In this document: piece by piece, positions 13,208 to 27,074 of the stretch
Layout: every line of letters starts with the position of its first letter
Numbering within the stretch: position 1 is the first letter of the stretch
From: the human T2T-CHM13v2.0 reference genome, Homo sapiens
Reading direction: 5' to 3' (one strand)
Assembly (NCBI RefSeq): GCF_009914755.1
Contig: NC_060931.1
Length of the DNA: 64,000 bases
Program-made: the position numbers and the translations under genes
The notes under the pieces: generated by a model
What the model was told of the DNA's origin: nothing
Databases searched by the model: none
What the model saw: only the letters and a program-made list of their open reading frames with translations

Positions 13208-13486
13208 ATTTTTTTGGAGACAGGGTCTCGCTGTCACCCAGGCTGGTGTGCAGTGGTGTGATTACAGTGCACCGAAGCACCAACCTCCTGGGCTCAAGCA
13301 ATCTTCTTGCCTCAGCCTCCCAAGTAGCTGAGACTACAGGCACGCCCCCCCATGCCCAGGTAATTTTTGGATTTTTTGTAGAGATGGGGTCTCTCTATGT
13401 TGCCCAGGCTGGTTTCAAACTCCTGGGCTCAAGCAATCCTCCCACCCAAAGTGTTAGGATTATAGGTGTGAGCCACTGCGCCTGAC
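13208..13486 (-). mobile_element. AluJ
   Basis: ctcctgggctcaagcaatc in both arms (J-type). Confidence 0.92.
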
Positions 13487-13946
13487 TCACTTGGGTTTTA
13501 GAGCAGGAAGGAACCTTGGTTAAGTCAGATCATCAGGTCCAGCCCCCTCATTTGTTACAGTAACTGTGAACTGAGGTGGTGTGACCTGTTTGAGGTCATT
13601 TAGGATAGTGGCAGAGCTGGCATCAGGGCCCAGTCAAGCCTGGGGATGCTGTCATGGTTTTCACAGTTGAAAGTGTTCAGGGAGCTGGAGCATGGGGACT
13701 GGGGAAATGCAGTGAGAACTCCTCTGGCGGTTTACATGGGGGCAGTGGGCAGCTGGGAGAACAAAAGGCTCATCCTCTCAATGTCAGTCCATCCTGCTGT
13801 GTGGGACCACTGGGCTCCCCGGTTGTGGCAGGGGAGGTCTCTGGAATTGTAGCCCCACTGGGCTACGATCTGGGAAAGGCTGGCTGTGCCCACCTCCCAG
13901 AATTCTCTCTGCTTTGCAATGGTGACACTGCTCTGATCTGGCAGCC

Positions 13947-14352
13947 GCCGTGTGCTGGAGCTGGCTCATACTGGGTTGTGAAAGCTGACTTAAATTTTCA
14001 GGGATTTGGTGAGTCTGTTGTTAAACACAGCCGTTATTAAAAACTAAATGACGTAAATAATTAAATCAAGTGCTTTGTTAAAAACAAGGATATTTAACTC
14101 AAGGCTCATCACTTATTTTATTGAATTTTAATATTATCTATATTCTTGTTATTTACATTAACATTTTATCTATTTGGTAGAATTATTTATAACTATATTC
14201 TGTATAATGCAAAGTAACCTACTCTGTGTTCAGTAACATGTGGGTAGCTTGAAATTGGCTATGGCAGGAGTATTTACACCACAGAAACTGGCAATAACAC
14301 AAATTGAGACTTTTTTCCTCCCCAAGTCAGTTCAACATTTGCCAGTACACCT
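13947..14352. mobile_element. MER63B-like hAT-Blackjack element
   Basis: gtgtgctggagctggctcatact...gtagcttgaaattggctatggcaggagtatttacacc...ccagtacacc; opposite orientation to the copy at 3912. Confidence 0.7.
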
Positions 14353-15654
14353 TCTAGTGATTATTATTTTTTAATGTGGGGAAAAAAAAGCATTTGAACC
14401 GGGCTTCTTGCCTACTCACTAAAGGAATTAATCAGGGAAGGAACGAAGAATGAATAAGAAAGTCTTCTTTTTTAAAATTGTAAAAAGTAATATATCTCAG
14501 TAAAGAACATTTACAGAACATTTTTTATGGATTTGTGACTTATGTTTAAAAAGTTTTTTAATTGACCAACACACAGGTTAGGAAAAGAAATGAAATAAAG
14601 GTATTTTTTAAAATTATGGAATATATATGCAAATCAATATATACATTTCCACACATAAAGATTTTAATAAAATAGAAATCCGTGTACCTACCATTCAGCT
14701 TATGAAAAGAATTTTTGATGTTTCCTGTGTAAAAACTTTTTTTTTTTTTTCCTAAGAGACGTATTACCCAGATAAAACTATGGTTGATATTTTAGGGTTT
14801 TTCCTTCTAACATTTTTCTACACGTAGAGAACACTGAATATTTCTTAAAGAAAAAAAGTCACTTGAGACTCTTTCACTCACTGTTGACTAACAGCCTGAA
14901 AATCTGCGGTCAGGCAAAGCAGTGTTTTCATTTTGAAACTGAAACTGCTGTAAGATTAATTTCAACTTCCCTACAAATCAGAAATGTCTAAGTTACTTTA
15001 ATTTAATATGGTCATTTGTAGCAATATTTGTTATTGCTAGGGGAAGTACATATTCCTTAAGTAAATTTTCAAGACTCCATTATAAATCTTTTAAATCCTC
15101 AGACCACAATGTTCATTCAGTCTGACATGCTCAACGTGGAAACATGAATATAACTCCACAGGGGGAAAATGTCAACTGCTGGTCCAGGGAGACTAGTTTC
15201 AACCACAAACTCAGGAAATGTACACTATTTGCTGGAACCTGGGCAGAGACTCCATTGCCACCTCACTCCATGGCCAAAACACCTGAGTCTAAGTGACCTG
15301 CTGGGGAAAAAAATCACTTGGCTTTCACTGGATCAGAGAACTCAGAAACTGAAGTGACCACTTGAAACTGCAGTCTCAGAAAAAACTGAAAACTCCAAGA
15401 TGTGTGGTGTGGTGTGGCTGTGATTATGAGACTCTGGAGAGGACACATGGTCCAGAGGCCTGCACTGCATGTCGCCAGGAGGCTTGTTCTGGGGCAAAGA
15501 AACTGGTGGCCTCCGGGAGTCACTGTATTCACTTTTGTGGTCCTAGTTTTTCTACCTGTTAAAATTGAGATTTGGTTTTATGGATATATGGAATACATCA
15601 CTGCTAGGGTCCTTCCCAGTTCTAACAGTGAATGATTCCAGCAATAGCACTGTG

Positions 15655-16215
15655 CAGTATTTTTCAAACTTTGTTTTGACTTCAACCCATTATAAGAAAC
15701 GTATCTCACGGTGCGACCTGGTGCGCTCACATGTATAAATAGGCCTGCAACCTGCAATTTTGAGATCTCCAAAGCTCTGAAACCTGAAATTTTTTAAAAA
15801 TAAAGTTTGGCACTAAAACATCATTGGAAGGCAAACTAACCTGACTGGGTGAAAGGCTACTTACAGATTTTATTGTATTTACTGAAAATATTCATGTGTT
15901 TCACTGTATAAATATTAATGTACGTGATTATATGGGGCTGCCCCAGACCCTAATGGGGGTATTATGTAATATGAAGTATTTCTACTATATTATCTTTATG
16001 AAGTCTAAAAAATTATGAATAATGAAACATTTCTGGACTCAAGGACAAGACATTTTAATATAAATATCTGAAACAGAAATTTCACAAAACAATCTTTACT
16101 ACATGTGATATACTCTGTCATTTTCCTGTTCTATTTCATTTTAACAAAATATGATGGTCATGACCACCACATTGACTTCTTGACCCCCTGGGAGGTCATG
16201 GTCTGGAGTCTGAAT
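15655..16215. mobile_element. Charlie4-like hAT element interrupted by MER46C-like Tigger element (about 15739-16043)
   Basis: Outer cagtatttttcaaact...atgtgatatactctg...catgacc; inner caaagctctgaaacc...gctgccccagaccc...ctggactcaagg. Confidence 0.6.
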
Positions 16216-16219
16216 ATAT

Positions 16220-16465
16220 TAGTGTAGCAGTTAAGAGGGTGGGCTTTGGAGGTAGACTGTCTAGATTCAAATCCCTGATCCATGCCCTGCTAGCTGTGTG
16301 ATGACATTGGGCAAGTTACCTACCTAGCCTTTCGGTGCTGCCATTTTCTCATCTATAAATGGTGACAATGACAGGTCCGACCAAGGGTTGTGGTGAGGAT
16401 TAAGTAAGTTAATATTCATAAAGCACTTAGAACAGGGCCTGACACTTCGTGCTTAACAAATGTCA
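16220..16465 (+). mobile_element. MIR
   Basis: gttaagag...gattcaaatcc...tagctgtgtga...ttgggcaagtta...ctcatctataaatgg...gtgaggattaa...aaagcacttagaacag. Confidence 0.85.
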
Positions 16466-16496
16466 GGTTCCTGGTTCATAAAAGAAGTGATTAACA

Positions 16497-16806
<310 letters not shown>

Positions 16807-16976
16807 CTAACACTTGTACTGGAAATCTTAACTCGCAAACCTTTCACCTTCTGCCATCTACACTAGCATTTGGTTACTTTGGGGCACGGAATATTAGGAT
16901 TTTAAATACTGCCATCATGAGTTTTGCTGATTCTGAAAGCAAAGAGCCACCTTTACTGATTCTGCAGGCATTAATG

Positions 16977-17255
16977 TTATTTTTATTTATTTTTTGGCTC
17001 ACTCTGTCGCCCAGGCTGGAATGCAGTAGCATGATCATGGCTCACTAGCAGCCGTGTGATTTTCTCATGTCAGCCTCCTGAGTAGCTGGGACTACAGGCA
17101 TTCACCACCACATCTGGATAATTTTTTGTACTTTTTGTAAAGATGGGGTTTTACCATGTTGCCCAGGCTAGTTTTGAACTCCTGGGATCAAGCAATCTGC
17201 CCACTTTGGTCTCCCAAAGTGTTGGGATTACAGGCGTGAGCCACTGTGCCCGGCC
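16977..17255 (-). mobile_element. AluJ
   Basis: Diverged reverse dimer ending gcccggcc. Confidence 0.9.
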
Positions 17256-18662
17256 CAGGCATCTATTAAATTGCAATGGTATCTATTAAATGGCAATCAC
17301 AGGCAAATTCAAGAAGACAGATACAATAACTACTCATGAACAGAAAAAGAAGGTTCCTCTCATTAGACAACACGCTGGGGCCCATCTATAAACTCATACA
17401 CCTCTTCTTACTTCCTGGCCTTGATTTCTAGAGTAGAACAAAATTATAGAGGGTCTTTCCAGCAGGACAGGCAACAGGAGACCCTCCATGCCATGAGCTG
17501 CTGGACTGACATCCTTCCATCCAGCTAAGGGCTGTTCTCTGCTTGGCAGATTCATCAAGTTGCACAAGGCTCTGACTTCGTCTGCTAGCAGACCCTCTGT
17601 AGAACATCACATCCAACTATGCTTCATTTGAAGTTCAAAAGCTTTGTTCTGCCTTTTCAATGGCCCTTTGGGCATTGCCATTTTTCAGCAAAAACAAGCT
17701 TTTGAGAAAAGCTGTGGGGAGTTGGCAGATGGGCCCTGAGATTCCAAGCACTCCCAAATCTGGTAATTCATTGCTCCAGATGATGGTATTTCTGACATGA
17801 CAATCTAACCTTCTGAAGGACAGTCTAACATGGAGAGTAAGGATTTTTCTTTTCTCTGGCTGTTACTATGCAATCCAGGACAAGGATGGATAGAGAACCA
17901 GTAAGTAAGCAAAACAGTGCATGGCACATTTGAAATGTGGCTGTAGGAAACGGTGATGGAAATAATGGGTACATTTCAGCATGCAACCATGTGTGGCCCA
18001 CATGTCAAAGGATCTGGCTGCTCTAGGTCTCAATGTAATGATGGCTTTCAGAACGTACATCTGCTAATAAATTCATGTGGCGGATCTTCTTATTTTAGCA
18101 GCAACTTAATTCCATAGTGAAGCTAAAGGCGTATTTGGTTAAAACAGCGAGTTAGTAAAACGACCTAGAAACAGCAAGTGGAGTAATCATTTGTCAGCAC
18201 CCCTTCGTTAATAGAATGGCCTTTTTTGGTGATCTGGGAACTTAATAAATGTACTTTTCAGTAGAAAAGAGAAAATCTGGATTTCCAAATAACATTAATT
18301 TCAGAAAGTTTCTAGTAATGCTTCAAATAATCCTATGTTTCACTTCTTATCCCAGAGTTATTTCTGACTTCACGATCTGAGGCCCACGGGGTGGATTTTG
18401 AAGCTTCATAGAACTTTTGCAGTATCACCGAAACTCTGAGCCCCTTTTAACATGCTATTAAAATTCTAATGAAAAATAATAAAACTAAAAGCAGCACCAG
18501 GAAAAAAAACCCACTCCATTTGATCAGATCAGTTTGGCACTTAACTTGTAAGAGGTATTTTTTGTGATTTTTCACTTGACCTTTACAATGGTTGTGGATA
18601 TAATCTGAGTAGTACACAGCTAATGAAATAGATTGTGTTCTTGGGTACCAAACTAAAACTGA

Positions 18663-19025
<363 letters not shown>

Positions 19026-20849
19026 TGTTTTTCTAAGTTTTCTAAGTTTATATATGACATATATGGAAGGATATAGTTCCCGGTCTTTGGAGAATTCTAA
19101 TTTTGCATAAAATAAATAAATATGAGGGCAAGCCAATTTCATACCAAACCTTGTAGCTTATTTTGCTTCTAGATGTTCATTTCTTTCTTTCTTTTTTTTT
19201 TTGTGGGGGAGAGGGAAGAAGAAAAGGTGGGGTAAGGATAAAAAAAGATAAAAGGTGATCTTTCCTTCATCTACTGTCTTGACAATCATATTTTATTTAT
19301 TTTTCTTTTTATTTTTTATTTTTTTTCTTATTTTTATTTTCTTTTTTAAAGGCAGCTACAGTAAATTTATATTCTCTTTGGTATATTATAGTTTGGATAT
19401 TCCATACCTTTTTTAGTATTTAAATAACATTGGGTTGCCAATTTTTATATTGCCATGTATACCTTATCTAACTACCATCTATCATCACCAGCCTCTAATT
19501 AAAAAGGAAAAACTACTTTAACATAAAATATAGGAAGAGCATAATCTTGGAATAAATCCTTTCTTGAGAAAGGCTTTCTTGAGAAAGATTCTTCTTTATT
19601 CTGAGATTATGATAACAGAACATAGGAAAAATCTACTTAAACTGTTTTGATGAAGAAAAGCCACAATATAAAATTTCATGTTATCATTACTTTATACTTG
19701 CATCACATATATATAGTATTATTTATAACATACTGTTTACAATTATTCTCTAGATGCAAATTTTTAAAAATATCTAAATGTGTTTTCTATTATTATCATT
19801 GCGAAAAATTCAGTTGCAAGGAATGCTGACCAAACAGAACTCTTAAATTTAGGTGGAATTGCTTGAAATATGCTAAGCAAACGAAAGAAGGCAAATACAA
19901 GGGCACTCAAATCCAGTAGCTTCTCCTTTCCAAGAGCTGGGAGGTGGTGAGCAAGAGCTGAGTGTCCTCTCACAGCTGGACACACAGAGGGGTGGTGAGG
20001 TGCTGGATGCCCCCGTTCCCTGGCCCCACATGCCCCAGGCAGACACTGCAGACCAGTGGAAACGTCCTCATGAACAGCAGCAGACTAGCAGCTGTGGTGT
20101 GGATAGCACTTAAGAACCACTTTTTTAAACCAGTAGTATCTTTTCCTAAATTTTGGCACTCAAATGAAATCCAGGCACCAAAGCTGAGCCATTGAAATAA
20201 CAAAATCCCATTCCTGAATACTATGTCTTTGTATGTTCCCAACAAATATTGTATATTTTCTTCACAACTATGGAATGATATAGTCAATCTACCTTAATGA
20301 AAGCTTGCTCAGGCTCTGGCAATCACTCTTTAAAGTCACAGGTCAGCATAAATTATCAGTGAAGCAATTAATTTTGATTTACTTTAGCCTGAATAAAATA
20401 AACCATGGTCTTTTCCGTCATTGATGCCAAGAATAAAAAACACTTCTGAAAGCTACTATACCACAAGTCTTTGGTTTGGAGACCAATGGAATATCTTTCT
20501 CTTGGCAACTCCCTATCCTCCTTTCCGTTCCTTTTCTACCCTCATTGAATTGCAAATAACTATGGCTATTTCTTACACATGGTTTTCATTGCTAATTTGA
20601 CATCCACGTAAAGACTAATGAACAAAACAAAGAAGCTGCACTTTACAAGGTTTTGTGGTATAAAACTACAAATAGCTTTTCAGTTTTCTTGTTTTGCCTC
20701 CTCTAGAAGTAAATTAAATGAGTTATTGAGGTTTCACTGTAAGCTGCTAATGAGATGATGCGTAACTTTCCCCATAAACTAGAAGAAATTTAAAAACTGA
20801 AGAGAAAGTTGCACTAAGGCTCTTAGAGTTTTAAATCCAGTATTCAGCT

Positions 20850-21075
20850 GGGAACACAGCCTGGTGGGTGAAAAAATCTAGGTTCTGAAGGCAAACTCTT
20901 AATCTGAGTTAGTTGGTGTTCAAGCTTAGAAAATTAATGACTCCTTCTCATCTTGGGGTCCTCCTTATAAAACAGAGGTAATCCTAACACTTACCTCATG
21001 GGGTTTATTATCAACATCTCATTGGATAAATGCATGAAAAGCCCTTGGCTCCACATAATACTCAATATATGTTAG
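20850..21075 (+). mobile_element. MIR (degenerate)
   Basis: ttacctcatggggttt...aaatgcatgaaaagccctt...ctcaatatatgttag. Confidence 0.5.
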
Positions 21076-22283
21076 GAGACCACTCAGAGTTGTGGTATTT
21101 CCATGGGTGCTGGCCTTGTGCTCCTGACCCTTTCCCAGGAAGGAGAAATTGTTTATAAATTTAACTGCCATCTAGGAGAATTCTTACATAAGAGGTAATT
21201 TCTTGGGGGAACCTATGCAGTCCACAGTTGGGCTAAGATAGGTATCGAAGCCTGGGATTGGACATCTCCATTTCCAAAGAAAAGTACTTCTCTGATGTTG
21301 CATGGCCTTATCCTTAGGTGAATTCTTCTGACAAGGTGGGGTGGGTGACCATCAACATCCAGCTAAGAACAAGGGACTCCCGGGGAATCTAGCACCAGGG
21401 GGTGAGGCACACTGGAGGTGTCCAGTTAATTAAACACTGGGTTGAGAAAGGGGAGGAGAAGCAAATGAGATGGTAGAAGATTCTCAATGTGAGAGGAGGT
21501 CTCAAATAGGTAGGGTTTTTCTATGCCAGAGATGGCACACACAGTGGCTCTCGTGCCACTTAAATGCACTCTGCCCAAGACGGCCACACGAATCGATTAC
21601 AGCACTCTTGCCTGTGCTGCTTTGGGACTCAGCCTTACAGTTTTCTTCAGCACTGTGCCCTAGGTAGTCACTACAAACCAATGAAGGTGACATGTAAGCT
21701 GAAAGTCTGTGCCATCGTGGACTTACATATTTTCTTCTATATCTACTGAGATTTCCACTAATACCCTGGCCTGGGCATTTGGTACATACTTTATCCCTTC
21801 TCAGAAAATCAGAGAACAAAGCTGGCAGACTGTAATATCTGAGAGAGAAAGTTGAGTATGTCTAAGACAAGAGCTGTCCCCAAGCTAAAGCAAGAATATT
21901 AGTGACATATTCAGATAACAGCATCTATTCATGAAATGTAATTATGTATGGGCCAACTGCTCAAATTTATGGTGTATATGAGACTTGTTTATACACAGAA
22001 TAGCAGTCAGCAAATTAGCATTGTTGAAAGATAGAGCAGAGTTTACAGCACTTTTTCTTAAATGAAGTACTAATAATAAGACAGTAAAACTATTTTGGGG
22101 GCAAAGCCAGTTTCCAGCATGGGCTGTTCTGTGACAAAGCATGTGCATGTGGGCATCTCAAGCTTACAGACCTCAAGTCTCATGGGTTTTGGGGGTTGAT
22201 TTTTTTTCAAAGTGATTTTTTGCCTTTTGTTGCAAGAGTTCAGTTAAACTACTTCTGAACTTAAAAGCATTAAATAAAATTCA

Positions 22284-22665
22284 TGGACGGTCACTGATTT
22301 GGACTAAGGTTCTGCACTAGGCCCCAACTGAGCAGACCAAACCAGAATGGAGTTGCTCAGGCTAAACTTTGAAATGGGCCAGTTTTCCAAAAAAACAGGA
22401 CAGTCACAGCAACCAATCAGAAGGGGCCCAGTTTACCTAAGCTGGAAGTCCCCTGTAAGAACAACAAATGACTTTAAAAGAACCAATGCACTTTTTGTTC
22501 TGTTTCTGCTTTTCTCAGCCCTTTTCTGCCTATCAGGCCAACCTCATCTACTCAGCTCATTGGAACACACATTCTATTTTATAAAATGAGGTGTTGCCTG
22601 ATTCGAGAATCACAAATAAAAATCAAGTGAAGTCTTTAAATTTGTTGTAATTTTGTCTACTGACA
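22284..22665 (+). mobile_element. ERV1-class solo LTR (MER93-like)
   Basis: ctgcactaggccccaa...accaaaccagaatggagt...two CCAAT boxes...AATAAA...tttgttgtaattttgtc..tgaCA end. Confidence 0.7.
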
Positions 22666-22757
22666 AGTTTAGTTTTCCCTGTTATCCAGGAGGCTGGCAC
22701 CTGTTGAATGTGTTCAGGTATTATTAGGTTATTCAGGTAAGTACACACTTGAATAAT

Positions 22758-22794
22758 ATTCATTCATTCATTCATTCATTCATTCATTCATTCA
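22758..22794. repeat. (ATTC)9 microsatellite forming an Alu tail
   Basis: Perfect tetranucleotide run directly abutting an Alu arm. Confidence 0.95.
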
Positions 22795-22945
22795 GAGGCA
22801 GAATCTCGCTGTGCTGTCCAGAATGGAGTACAGTGGCGTGATCATAGGTAACTGCAGCCTCGACCTGCTGGGCTCAAGCAATCTTCCTGCCTCAGCCTCT
22901 TGAGTAGCTAGGACTATAGTTGCACACCACCAGGCCCTGCTAATT
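22795..22945 (-). mobile_element. Alu right arm / FRAM
   Basis: gaggcagaatctcgct...ggctcaagcaatc...ggactatag...gctaatttt; TSD TTGAATAA. Confidence 0.85.
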
Positions 22946-23171
22946 TTGAATAACCACCCAGGCCCTGCTAATTTTGAATAACCACTTTCTTTTTTTAATT
23001 GAAGAAATGTGAAGTTCCATGCCTCCTCTTCTGCCTACTGAAGGTTAACCCAATTAGTCTGAGTGCTAAATATACTTGGTAAACTGTGAACTGTGTGTAA
23101 ATCTTGGGTATGGAAAGGACGCAGATGTTGATGATGGTGATAATTTAAACTTTTTATTAGGCATAATTTCA

Positions 23172-23503
<332 letters not shown>

Positions 23504-25049
23504 AAAAAACCCACAACAACCGCCACAATGTCAATATTTTGCTATCTTATTTAAGCTTTCTCCCTTCCTCCCTTTTTAGGCCATGATTGATAATTCACAT
23601 ATTTTTCATCTTGTGTTCACATAATCACTTAAAAATATATACGGATTTTTAAAAATGGAAGAAAGGAAAGACAGAAGAGAACAAAGGGAAAAGGAAATTT
23701 TTCCAACATAGTTCCTGGGAAATACCTAACATAGATTCACAATTAAGATGGCCAGCAGCATAACCGCAGGGACACAACACACACTGCCAAATGCTTGCAA
23801 AGGAGGAGCACTGTTATATAGAGTCTATACCATTGAATGACACTGAATGTTTATTAATTTGAAAATATCAGCCAATGGTTCCCAACTCTTTCAGGTATGA
23901 GAGTCTGTTATAATGTCAAATGGTATGCTGTCTTGCACAGTATAGTGAGATTTTGGTGGTTTTTAAGTTAGAGGGAAAAAAGAATGACATAAAACCACTA
24001 TTCAGTAATGCTTTGAAATCAATGTGTATTTTATAAGCTCTCCTAGCCACCTTTCCCCTACATGCTCCATCCCATGCACAGCTCCCATGGAAAGCCTGCA
24101 CCAATTTATGGGTTATCTGGAAAAAAATTCAGGGGGTATGTGTGTGTTTAAATTTTTCAAGAATGTCACTACTTAACTGCTAATGAAGTATTTCTTGGAG
24201 GGGCCTCTGGACCTTCTGCTGATTTACAAGGAGCAGCCTTCATTTGCATGCCAAAGGCATGCACTAATCCTGGGCATCAGCTGGCTCCCAGGAATGCATG
24301 CGTCCCACAATCCTGTTTATCCTGCTGGTTTATTTAGCAAAGCTTTTCTCAGAGAGTACAGGCCCCTATTTCAGGCCAGCCAACCTGATTATCCCAAATC
24401 CCTAATTAGTGTAATTAAAGCTTTAATGGATTGCAGCCGGGATATAAACCAGGCAAACCCTCTTTAAAACCCATTACTTGCGTATACAGGAATGGTCCAC
24501 AGCAGAGGGCTCCTTTTTGAGTGACTGAAGGTCCTGGACACCTCTGCACCCAACACCCGGGCCATTTTTGGTGACCAGGGAGCCTCTTTCACCAAGTTCG
24601 TGTATGCAAACCAAGCGGTTGTTCCCCCCACCCCAAGTATCCACTGAAGCAATGGGCATTTTCAGATGGGGTTACCTCTCAATCATTACTGCACCAGATG
24701 CTAGCCTCATGGAGATTTTCCTCCTGTTATTGTGCCCTGGGAAATGAGACAAATACCCTAACTAAAATAATTCCAACCAACTAGGAGAATCTTGTCAGAC
24801 CCTGCCGAGCACTCTTATATTAACCATGATGCACAGAATTGCTCAGAACTTTTCCAACAACCAAACACCGAAGAGCTACAGCTTTAAGCCAGATTTAATC
24901 CATAGCGTTTTTAGGTGTTCCCAACAGTGTGCAAACTAACCCCTTCTTAAAATGGCTCTGGAGAGCATTCACATTATCCAAGCTTCAGGTGGATATCTGG
25001 ATGTTAATATTAAAGAAGGAATAAGGGCAAAAGATCTATGACTTTTAAA

Positions 25050-25210
25050 GTCTTTTTAGTATGTGATATGCTACGTGCTTTATCATTATTACCTTATTTA
25101 ATCCTCATAACAGCTTGCAAGGGGTTATCAGTCCTATTTACAGATACAAAATTGAGCCTTGAGACATTAGGTAGTTTGCCCAAGGACCCACAGCTAATAT
25201 CATGCCATAG
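25050..25210 (-). mobile_element. MIR
   Basis: atttaatcctcataacagc...tttacagatacaaaattgag...tgcccaagga. Confidence 0.7.
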
Positions 25211-25233
25211 GAAAGTTACAAAATGCTAAAAGT

Positions 25234-25430
25234 CTGTGTTGTTCAATACAGTAGCCATTAGCCATATGAAGCTATGAACACCTGAAATGTGGCTAGTACA
25301 GCCAAGGAATGAAATTTATAATTTTATTTAATTTTACTTAATTTAAGTAGCCACATATGGCTAAGGGCTACCATATTGAATAGAAACATAAAATTTCCAC
25401 GATCACAGAAAGTCCTATTGAGCAGTGCTG
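25234..25430. mobile_element. MER3/MER33-like hAT-Charlie element
   Basis: gtagccattagccatatg...aaatgtggctagt...tagccacatatggcta...cagaaagtcctattgagcagtgctg. Confidence 0.75.
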
Positions 25431-26961
25431 TTACAACTGATAAGAGCTCCATCTGGATATGCTGGGTGTGAAATGGTGGTGGGATACTCAAGGATGTGGA
25501 CAAACAGGTCAGTGATCTAGATTTGGGAGTCATCCACCCAGAGGAGAAAACTAAGGGAGCAAGCAGGGAAAAGGAGGCAAAGGTTGAGAAGAGAAACTTG
25601 GGGAATACCTGCAGTATAAATGGCAGGAGGAGAGACTGAGTAATGGGTCTCATATATTTTTTTCAGACAATATTTTTATGTTTTTAGATGAACATCTGGG
25701 GTACAAACATTATTTAAGAGTGAAGATCTGAAATGAAAAAGTACATTTATTTATTTGAGTGTTTTATGCAAAGACGTCCTCTCAAAGGCATAGCATTTAT
25801 ATCTTCCAGCTCAGAATGGGGGTGTACTGGGAGCTGAAAAATGTTAATAGAGGACATAAGCATCACGTGGCTTTTATGCATAAGTAGCTCAAATTCCATT
25901 TCAATCTGTTCACAAACCCTCCTAAATAATGGGATCCCAACAATTTGCTGAAATAAAACTCTAACATTGGTACCCGCTGTGAAGGGTACTTTACAATAAT
26001 TTTCACTTACACTTCTTTCAGTTGCCTGGGGGATTCTTTGTGATGTTAACTGACCTTGTATTTCTTACTGTGTAACCAAAAACACCTAGAGAAAAAGTCG
26101 ACTCCTTTTCCTTATTGGAAGTGAAAAGTCTGCTCACAATGCAGGAATTTTACTTGGGTAAGACCTGAGACCAAACTGGGTTTTCTCTTGGAGAGGGTGA
26201 GAAAAATCTTGGGGCTAGTTTACCTCCATACTCTGCATCCTATCGAACGATAGGAGTCCGAAACTCTCACTGACTTCAGAAGAAAATTTTTCACCCACCC
26301 CTATAAATGGAGGTGGGTGATGCAGAGAGGGAGGAAGGAAGAGGGAATAGTGAGAAAGGTTATTAGAATGGGCTGTTAAGATTAAGGTTAAAATTAAAAC
26401 AAAAACCTTGAAATTTAGAGTTCTGAAAAGCCAATTAAGACATTTCCAACTTTTTCCCCCCTATATAATTTACAATGGGGCTTGGGTGACTATTTACAGA
26501 GCATGTGGCCCAGAGCATGTGGCCCTACAATGCAGAATTTGGAAAAGAGGAATTCTGGGAACTAAAATGCAGAAAGTGCACAAACAGAAGGCCAGAGTTG
26601 CCTATGACAGCTGGGAAAAGACTGGAGACGGCCAACACAAAGCTCCCTTTCCCCTGTCATCACTCGTGATGGTGGCAGATACTGTTTCCACTCACGGTGC
26701 TGATGATACAGCTGACTCTGGCCTCATTTACGCAATTAACCACACATTCTCTGTGTCCGTATCGCTCCCTCGGAGAACATGAGGTATTTGTGAGGAGACA
26801 TTGTATCTTTCAGGATATCTGGGAGCTACTTAGTGGGTAATTCACTGAATGCTACCCCAGTGTCTTTGAAAGAGTTAATTCACCTCCTGAGGGCCTCCAG
26901 AATCTGCCTCCTCATTAGGCCTTATGGGACCAAAGGGAGGTCAATACAGAACAGCATACAT

Positions 26962-27074
26962 TAAAAAAAAATTTATATACATTTTTTATATATGTATATA
27001 CATAGATATTTATGTTTACATATTATATATGTATTTATATATATTATATATATATATTTGTGTGTGTGTGTGTA
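26962..27074. repeat. A-run, imperfect (TA)n and (TG)n compound low-complexity tract
   Basis: Directly visible. Confidence 0.9.

Noticed and set aside
26195-26327. Hammerhead or HDV-like ribozyme
   Set aside because: GAAAC follows a hairpin, but there is no CUGANGA on either strand and no P3/P1.1 arrangement. Kept only as an unclassified structure.
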